Part shown: positions 58,629-64,000 of the stretch, in pieces
How positions within the stretch are numbered: the first letter of the stretch is position 1
Layout: each line of letters opens with the position of its first letter
DNA from: an uncultured Candidatus Brevefilum sp.
GTDB lineage: Bacteria > Chloroflexota > Anaerolineae > Anaerolineales > Anaerolineaceae
Length of the DNA: 64,000 bases
Direction: 5' to 3'
NCBI GenBank assembly: GCA_964575595.1
Contig: CAZNRI010000007.1
Location: 2,749-66,748 of the forward strand
Position numbers and translations under genes: made by a program
Notes under the pieces: model-generated
The model's database searches: none
What the model saw: only the letters and a program-made list of their open reading frames with translations
Told to the model about the DNA's origin: nothing

Positions 58629-60974
58629 CTACTGCAGACGACCGTTGCGCCCTCTGGGGGATTCTGCCAAGAAAGCCATTGCCCGGCCTTCTTCACCGTT
58701 CATCACGAGTTCAATATGGTGGTTTTCTCGATAATCGCTGACTTTGATCAGGCGAAGACGTTTAAACATGTCCGGCTCAACTTTGATCCATTCCGCCAGC
58801 CTGTTGGGAGTTTCATAAAAGAAGTCCCGGTTGAAGCTGTCCTGTCCAATATAGGTTGCCAGGGGAAAGATCTCGCCTTCTAGTAAATCCTGGAAGAAAT
58901 GTGTTCCCAGAGAGGGTTCAGGGGCAGGCCCGATACCCTCGCCTGACAATTCCACTAATGCTTTGCTGTTGAAAATATCCGCATAATCTACATGGACGCC
59001 TAAATCTGGGTTGGAAGTGCCCCAGCGTCCGGGTCCCACGCAGATGAAGGATTCGCCGCCCAATGCCGCGTTGAGCTTACCGATAGCGCGTTCCAGCTTG
59101 TTGCGTGCTGCCTGGGTGGGCAGGCTGAAGTAGGTTTCCGGAGGGACGAACAGCGCGTAATTGATCTCCTCTATCCATCCGCCGGTAACCATGATGCTCG
59201 AAGAAAAGATGATTTGATCCGGGTCGAGGTTACGGGGCAAATTGACCTGATTCTCCTCTTTCATATAACTCAGTGGCCGGCATTGGATCAGAGAGAATTG
59301 AATTTCAGCCTTCCCGTTATCCTCCAAGATGTCCGCGGTAAACTCAACGTCTACAGGCGATTCGTACTCGTTTTCTAGGACGTTGAGTAAATATCGCATG
59401 CGTTCGGCAAAAGGCGTCCGCCTCAGCAGGTCTTCAAAGGTCAGAATTAGCTTTGAAGGGTCAGCGTCCACCAATCGGGAGAGGATGGATCTGAAATAAC
59501 CTTCCTGGTCCACCTGCGCCAGGTACCGTAATGGAGGATAGTCTCCTGTGAGCACTTCGTGAATGGGCAGGGTCTTTATTTGATTGTCTTTGAGGTCAAT
59601 TAGATCCACATATTGTTGAGAATAGCGGCGGATAGATTTAACGGTGTTGGAAGGCCGAAGAGTGGGATGACTGAGGGCGACCAAGCGGGGGTAATCGTTG
59701 CCCACCCGGTCCACAGCTCGGGTGCCAAGTCCCCAAACCAGACGGATAAAGCCGTCTTCTGCCCGAATTTGAGGCGACCAGCGGTATTGATTATGGCTGA
59801 AGGCTACGCCGGAGATGTCCGGCAGGTAATAATCACCGAATCGATTGCCCTGTACGACCTGAATCAACACCGCCATACGTTCGTCATAGTCTTGTAACCC
59901 TCGGCTTCTGCGATAGAGCAGCGCAGTAGGGTTGAGTGTGGAGGCGTATATGCGGGCGATAGCACGAGTCAGCGCTTTAAGGTTCTGGTCGAGAGTACCT
60001 TGATTGGGGAGGAAGATGCTTTCATATTTACCTGCGAAAGCGGTCCCAAAGCTATCCTCCAGCAGGCTGGAAGAGCGTACGATCAAGGGTTTATCTCCTA
60101 CGCTGGTTAGTAAAGTTTCGAGTCGCTGAACGATGCCTGGTGGGAATTCACTCTGGTCGTATTCTTCAATGATTTTTGGGTAATCCCGCCGCATCTCATC
60201 CTCGGGTTTATATTTTTGGTCGTTCCAGTGATGCAAATTATTGACGGATATAAAAGTGTACAATAGATCTGATCCCATATAATAGGATTCGGGGGTGCGG
60301 AGGTTCTTGCCTATTTCTTCGTGGGCGCTGTCTTTGAGAATACGAGCTGCCAGGAGCATGCCTGCTGCCTTACCGCCAATGCGGCCATGTCCGATCTTGT
60401 GTTTGAGGACTTCGGCCAGGTCAGAGATGGTAAACCAATCCCTGGCAATGTTGATATAGCGCAGTTGATCGCTGATCATATTGCGAATAAGGACGACTTT
60501 GATCTCACGGAGCCTGGGCTCAAAGGGTTTACGCTCCTCGCGGGACATTTTTTCGATCATCATTCCCTGGTTAAAAAGCAATTCCTGAGGGGAGACCTCC
60601 GGATTGAATTCGTACATGACCTCATGACTGGTCACGCCGCGTTCGTTGAGGATTTCTTCGATCAGATCTTCGATCAATTCGAAACTTAGATGATGGCTGA
60701 AGTAAAAATCCGTCAATTGGTCTCGAACAAGCGTTTTCCGGCGTTCCCACACCTCCGCGGGTTCCTCAATTTGAGGGCGCTGAAGGCCCTCGCGATCTTG
60801 AGACTGAATAGCTTTGCGGATGACCTCTTTATCAAATTCTTTGGGATCAAGAAATCCGCGGTTGAACAACTCCCGCCGCATCAGATCCCGAACTCGAGTC
60901 GAGAGAATTGGGTACTGCGAGAGAACCAGATATACGCTCAAAAGCCGATCGGTAGCACTCGGAGGTAATGTCAT
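58629..60974 (-). CDS. PEP/pyruvate-binding (PPDK_N ATP-grasp) domain protein
   Basis: IGGKAAG, IVRSSSLLEDSFGTAFAGKYES, ERMAVLIQ, WGLGTRAV, QCRPL; no canonical TSHAAI swivel motif. Confidence 0.82.
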   Translation of the reverse strand: MTLPPSATDRLLSVYLVLSQYPILSTRVRDLMRRELFNRGFLDPKEFDKEVIRKAIQSQDREGLQRPQIEEPAEVWERRKTLVRDQLTDFYFSHHLSFELIEDLIEEILNERGVTSHEVMYEFNPEVSPQELLFNQGMMIEKMSREERKPFEPRLREIKVVLIRNMISDQLRYINIARDWFTISDLAEVLKHKIGHGRIGGKAAGMLLAARILKDSAHEEIGKNLRTPESYYMGSDLLYTFISVNNLHHWNDQKYKPEDEMRRDYPKIIEEYDQSEFPPGIVQRLETLLTSVGDKPLIVRSSSLLEDSFGTAFAGKYESIFLPNQGTLDQNLKALTRAIARIYASTLNPTALLYRRSRGLQDYDERMAVLIQVVQGNRFGDYYLPDISGVAFSHNQYRWSPQIRAEDGFIRLVWGLGTRAVDRVGNDYPRLVALSHPTLRPSNTVKSIRRYSQQYVDLIDLKDNQIKTLPIHEVLTGDYPPLRYLAQVDQEGYFRSILSRLVDADPSKLILTFEDLLRRTPFAERMRYLLNVLENEYESPVDVEFTADILEDNGKAEIQFSLIQCRPLSYMKEENQVNLPRNLDPDQIIFSSSIMVTGGWIEEINYALFVPPETYFSLPTQAARNKLERAIGKLNAALGGESFICVGPGRWGTSNPDLGVHVDYADIFNSKALVELSGEGIGPAPEPSLGTHFFQDLLEGEIFPLATYIGQDSFNRDFFYETPNRLAEWIKVEPDMFKRLRLIKVSDYRENHHIELVMNGEEGRAMAFLAESPRGRNGRLQ

Positions 60975-61020
60975 GATGGGTTAATTCTAATTGAATTTGG
61001 AGAAAATGGTACCATGAGAG

Positions 61021-61048
61021 AAAAAGGCGCCTGCATTGCAAGCGCCTT
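61021..61048 (-). terminator. Probable terminator after dnaN
   Basis: AAGGCGC..TGCA-T-TGCA..GCGCCTT hairpin; the A run on + gives a U tail on the - strand. Confidence 0.65.
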
Positions 61049-61071
61049 GGAAAGTCGCGTTGATTTACTGC

Positions 61072-62208
61072 TTACCCGATGTGCATGGGCATAATGATAT
61101 GTTTGAAGTGTTCGTCGCCCTGAGGATGGAGCAGTCCGGGTGTATTAGCTGCGTTAGTCTCCAGCCAGACGTTGTCAGACTTAATCACTTCCAACACCTC
61201 TCTCAGGAAGCGGACATTGAATGCCACCAGGAGGGGAATGCCATCAACGGAGGCGTCAACGAGGACCTCTGAAGTGCCGGTTTGTTCAGATTGGGCGGAA
61301 ATTTCCAGCGTACCCGGTTTAGCCTCATCCGTTTCAGGGATAATATTAAGCCGGGCAACATTGGTGCCTTCCCGGGCGATGATCTCTGCCTGTTTGCAGG
61401 CTTTGAGAAGACCCGCAGTGGAAAGAAGCGTATGCGTTTTGAAGTTTTGCGGTACGATGGCACGATAGTCCGGGAAACTGCCCTCAATCAATTGAGAAGC
61501 TAGTTCAAGATCATCCATGTGGAAGATGACCTGACCGCGGTCAGGTGGGAAAGTCATCACCAGGGTTTCATCACCCCCACCGACGATCCGTGCAAGTTCT
61601 GACAGTGCGCGGGCGGGAATAATCGCTTCGATGGGTTGCGAGACAGCGTTCGGAATGTCGTCATCGCGGATCGAAATCCTGAATCCGTCCGTCGCCGCCA
61701 TGGTGATATGATCCCCGTCCAGCTTGAGCAGGACACCGGTCAGGACTGGGCGGGCTTCATCCGTGGATGCGGCGAAAGCGACCTGCTGCACCATTTCTTT
61801 AAAGTTAGTAACGTTCAAGGGTACACCTTCATCCAGATTGGGTTCTGGAATGGGTGGAAATTCTTCTGCATCAATGCCTTTGATATTGGCCTCAGATGTA
61901 CTACCGCAGCGGACATTCAAGGTTTGTGTGCTGTTATCCAATGTCAGCACGACCTGTTCGTTTGGTAAATTGCTGACCAGATCGGTGAAAGTACGAGCTG
62001 GCACGGTGATGGCACCCTCACCCTCAATGCGAGCTCCAATCCAGCATGTAATCCCCAGTTCGAGATTTGTGGCAGAAAGGCGCAAACGCCCATCATCCGT
62101 TTTCACCAGGATATTCGAGAGCACGGGCAGTGTACTGCGCGGGGATACCGCCCTCGAAACCATGCTTACACAGTGAGCGAGTTGTTGTTGTTTGACAGTA
62201 ACTTTCAT
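61072..62208 (-). CDS. dnaN: DNA polymerase III beta sliding clamp
   Basis: STLPVLSNIL, ATNLELG, DEARPVLTG, ATDGFR, LIEGSFPDY, C-terminal IIMPM. Confidence 0.97.
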   Translation of the reverse strand: MKVTVKQQQLAHCVSMVSRAVSPRSTLPVLSNILVKTDDGRLRLSATNLELGITCWIGARIEGEGAITVPARTFTDLVSNLPNEQVVLTLDNSTQTLNVRCGSTSEANIKGIDAEEFPPIPEPNLDEGVPLNVTNFKEMVQQVAFAASTDEARPVLTGVLLKLDGDHITMAATDGFRISIRDDDIPNAVSQPIEAIIPARALSELARIVGGGDETLVMTFPPDRGQVIFHMDDLELASQLIEGSFPDYRAIVPQNFKTHTLLSTAGLLKACKQAEIIAREGTNVARLNIIPETDEAKPGTLEISAQSEQTGTSEVLVDASVDGIPLLVAFNVRFLREVLEVIKSDNVWLETNAANTPGLLHPQGDEHFKHIIMPMHIG

Positions 62209-62332
62209 TGGTTACGCACCTCTCCTGTTACCTGATGGTATTTATTAATGATCAATTTAAAGTATACAACGAAGGCTGATTTTTTTCCAGTTATACCGCG
62301 TTGAGTTTTTGAGGCGTCAAAGTCCCCATTGA

Positions 62333-62361
62333 TTGACAGCCTTTGGCGTGTGAAGTAAGCT
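62333..62361 (+). promoter_or_regulatory. Promoter of the SRP RNA gene
   Basis: TTGACA at 62333-38 and TAAGCT at 62356-61 with a 17-bp spacer, about 7 nt before the RNA 5' end. Confidence 0.7.
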
Positions 62362-62368
62362 TAATCTT

Positions 62369-62473
62369 GTCCGGGTGGGACCGACGCGGCGGAGCCCTGC
62401 AAACCCCGTCAGGTCCGAGAGGAAGCAGCGGTAAGAAGGTCACTTCGGGTGCCGTCGGTAATCCTACCCGGGC
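62369..62473 (+). ncRNA. ffs: Signal recognition particle RNA (small 4.5S type)
   Basis: Long hairpin closed by GTCCGGGTGGGA / TCCTACCCGGGC; conserved domain IV CAGG-TCC-GAGA-GGA-AGCAGC with a GNRA loop; T run after the 3' end. Confidence 0.93.
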
Positions 62474-62497
62474 TTTTTTATCGAATTAAATTGTGGG

Positions 62498-63430
62498 ATG
62501 GATTATAGCGATCAATTCCGTGTTATAAATCAAATGATGGAAAAGAACACCCCCCCTGTATGCAGTTATGAAGGCTCCGATTACCAGCAACGTTTTTGGG
62601 ATGAGGGACAGCGCGCATATGAGGACGCTGTTGAAGCCATCGCCCTGAAACGCCTGCTGCCGGAGCAAGGCGATCTCCTATTGGAATTGGGAGCTGGCGC
62701 TGGGCGCAATACGTCCCGTTATCGCAGCTATGACCGGGTTGTGCTGCTGGATTATTCGCGGTCGCAGCTTGAACGGGCTCAAAGGCGATTGGGGGATGCG
62801 GAACGCTATATCTTCGTCGCTGCGGATGTATATCGCCTGCCTTTTGTGGACGGCTTGTTTGATGGGGGAACTATGATCCGCACCCTGCATCATATGGCAG
62901 AGCCAGAATTGGCTTTGTCTCAAGTCCGTCGCGTGATGGCACTTGACGGTGTATTTATTTTAGAATTTGCCAACAAACGTAATTTGAAGGCTATGCTGCG
63001 CTATCTTTTTGGAAAGCAAGCATGGAGCCCCTATTCCAGAGAGCCGGTGGAGTTTGCCGAATTGAATTTTGATTTTCACCCAAAAGCCGTTCACCGATAT
63101 TTGCGAGAAGCGGGGTTTCACATTGAAAAGCAGTTGACGGTGTCCCATTTCAGGGTCGGCTTTCTGAAACGTCACATCCCCACACGGATATTGGCGGCAA
63201 TGGATGCCTTATTACAGTGGACGGGGGCTGTTGTGCAGATCAGCCCCAGCGTATTTACGCGATGCCGTGCGGTTGGCGTCAGTGGTGAGGCAGCCGGGGA
63301 TGGATTCTTTCAATGCCCCGTTTGCGGTGAAGTATTAGAGGGTAAGGGACACGATCTTCACTGTGAGAATTGCGGGGCGGTTTGGGAATACCGAGATGGG
63401 ATTTATGATTTTCGGATAAATAAACACTAA
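62498..63430 (+). CDS. Class I SAM-dependent methyltransferase with C-terminal zinc ribbon
   Basis: LELGAGAGR, LLDYS, ADVYRLPF, LHH; C-terminal CPVCG...CENCG..YRDGIYDFR. The true start may be ATG 62534. Confidence 0.88.
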   Translation: MDYSDQFRVINQMMEKNTPPVCSYEGSDYQQRFWDEGQRAYEDAVEAIALKRLLPEQGDLLLELGAGAGRNTSRYRSYDRVVLLDYSRSQLERAQRRLGDAERYIFVAADVYRLPFVDGLFDGGTMIRTLHHMAEPELALSQVRRVMALDGVFILEFANKRNLKAMLRYLFGKQAWSPYSREPVEFAELNFDFHPKAVHRYLREAGFHIEKQLTVSHFRVGFLKRHIPTRILAAMDALLQWTGAVVQISPSVFTRCRAVGVSGEAAGDGFFQCPVCGEVLEGKGHDLHCENCGAVWEYRDGIYDFRINKH

Positions 63431-63470
63431 CTTAAACCTCTCATCCTTATTGAATATCTTTTAAAAATGA

Positions 63471-63503
63471 ACCACCCCAGCGGTCTTAGTCACTGGGGTG
63501 GCT
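63471..63503. terminator. Hairpin between convergent genes
   Basis: CCACCCCAG...CTGGGGTGG inverted repeat. Confidence 0.65.
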
Positions 63504-63529
63504 TGTGTTTGGGCAGGTAAGGAGAGAAT

Positions 63530-64000
63530 TTATTGATAACTGTCCCAAATTTTCAAGACAAGATCTGCATAATAATAGCCGACATTGATGGGTCCGTAAT
63601 GGAAAAGGGCCTCACGATAGGAGCCGTGTTTCTGAAAAAGCCCAGCCAGCATCTGACTACCGAACGCAACGTTGAAAGCGGGGTCTTCCAGTTCTTCAAT
63701 TGTGGGACGAGAAGAAAAACAAGGGCCGTTGGGGCACATGAATTCGGAGGCGATGCCGTCCCGGGGCATGACCTGCATCAGTCCCACCGCACCGCTGCTG
63801 GAATAAGCCAATGGATCGCCGCCGCTCTCCTGAAGGATAACGGCAGCGATCAATCTGGGTGGGAGCCTGTTCTCCTGTGCTGATGTTTCGATTAGCTCGC
63901 ACCATTGTAAAACATCAGGAGGGTAGCTTGCAGGCAGGAAGCAAGAATGGTCCTTGCTGGCGAGACCTTTTTGTGAGGTATGTTGGGATGCTGATTGTAC
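63530..64000 (-). CDS. Lytic transglycosylase (SLT domain), C-terminal part; start lies beyond the right edge
   Basis: IAAVILQESGG, SSSGAVGLMQVMP, L.DPAFNV..G, EALFHY. Confidence 0.85.
   Translation of the reverse strand, partial: VQSASQHTSQKGLASKDHSCFLPASYPPDVLQWCELIETSAQENRLPPRLIAAVILQESGGDPLAYSSSGAVGLMQVMPRDGIASEFMCPNGPCFSSRPTIEELEDPAFNVAFGSQMLAGLFQKHGSYREALFHYGPINVGYYYADLVLKIWDSYQ

Noticed and set aside
1-64000. Mobile elements, prophage, CRISPR, tRNA/rRNA and known defence systems
   Set aside because: No transposase, integrase, phage or cas motifs, no repeat-spacer array and no tRNA/rRNA signature was recognised by eye.

Overview
Core-chromosome window of a bacterium, most likely Chloroflexota class Anaerolineae. 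That call is inferred from the Pro/Thr-rich lipoproteins, CpXC and DUF6391-like proteins and the gene set. Left part: a cellodextrin/cellobiose utilisation locus (two GH94 phosphorylases, two CelR-like LacI repressors with two operators, a Thermotoga-type family-5 ABC importer), followed by an unusual EEP-phosphatase / GlmM-like / oversized phosphohexomutase cluster. Middle: housekeeping genes (holA, radA, clpC, methionine gamma-lyase, holB, priA, ccmE/F, deoxynucleoside kinase) interspersed with envelope lipoproteins. The strongest non-coding signal is a replication origin at about 49.8-50.3 kb: helically phased DnaA boxes, a tandem-box/GC-spacer/DnaA-trio unwinding module, an AT-rich tract and an apparent GC-skew flip. 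It has no dnaA beside it. Two parS palindromes lie about 7.8 kb to the right, and a solitary dnaN lies 11 kb away, pointing back at the origin and divergent from the SRP RNA. No tRNA, rRNA, CRISPR array or mobile element was seen. All family calls are from motif recognition by eye; no database searches were run.
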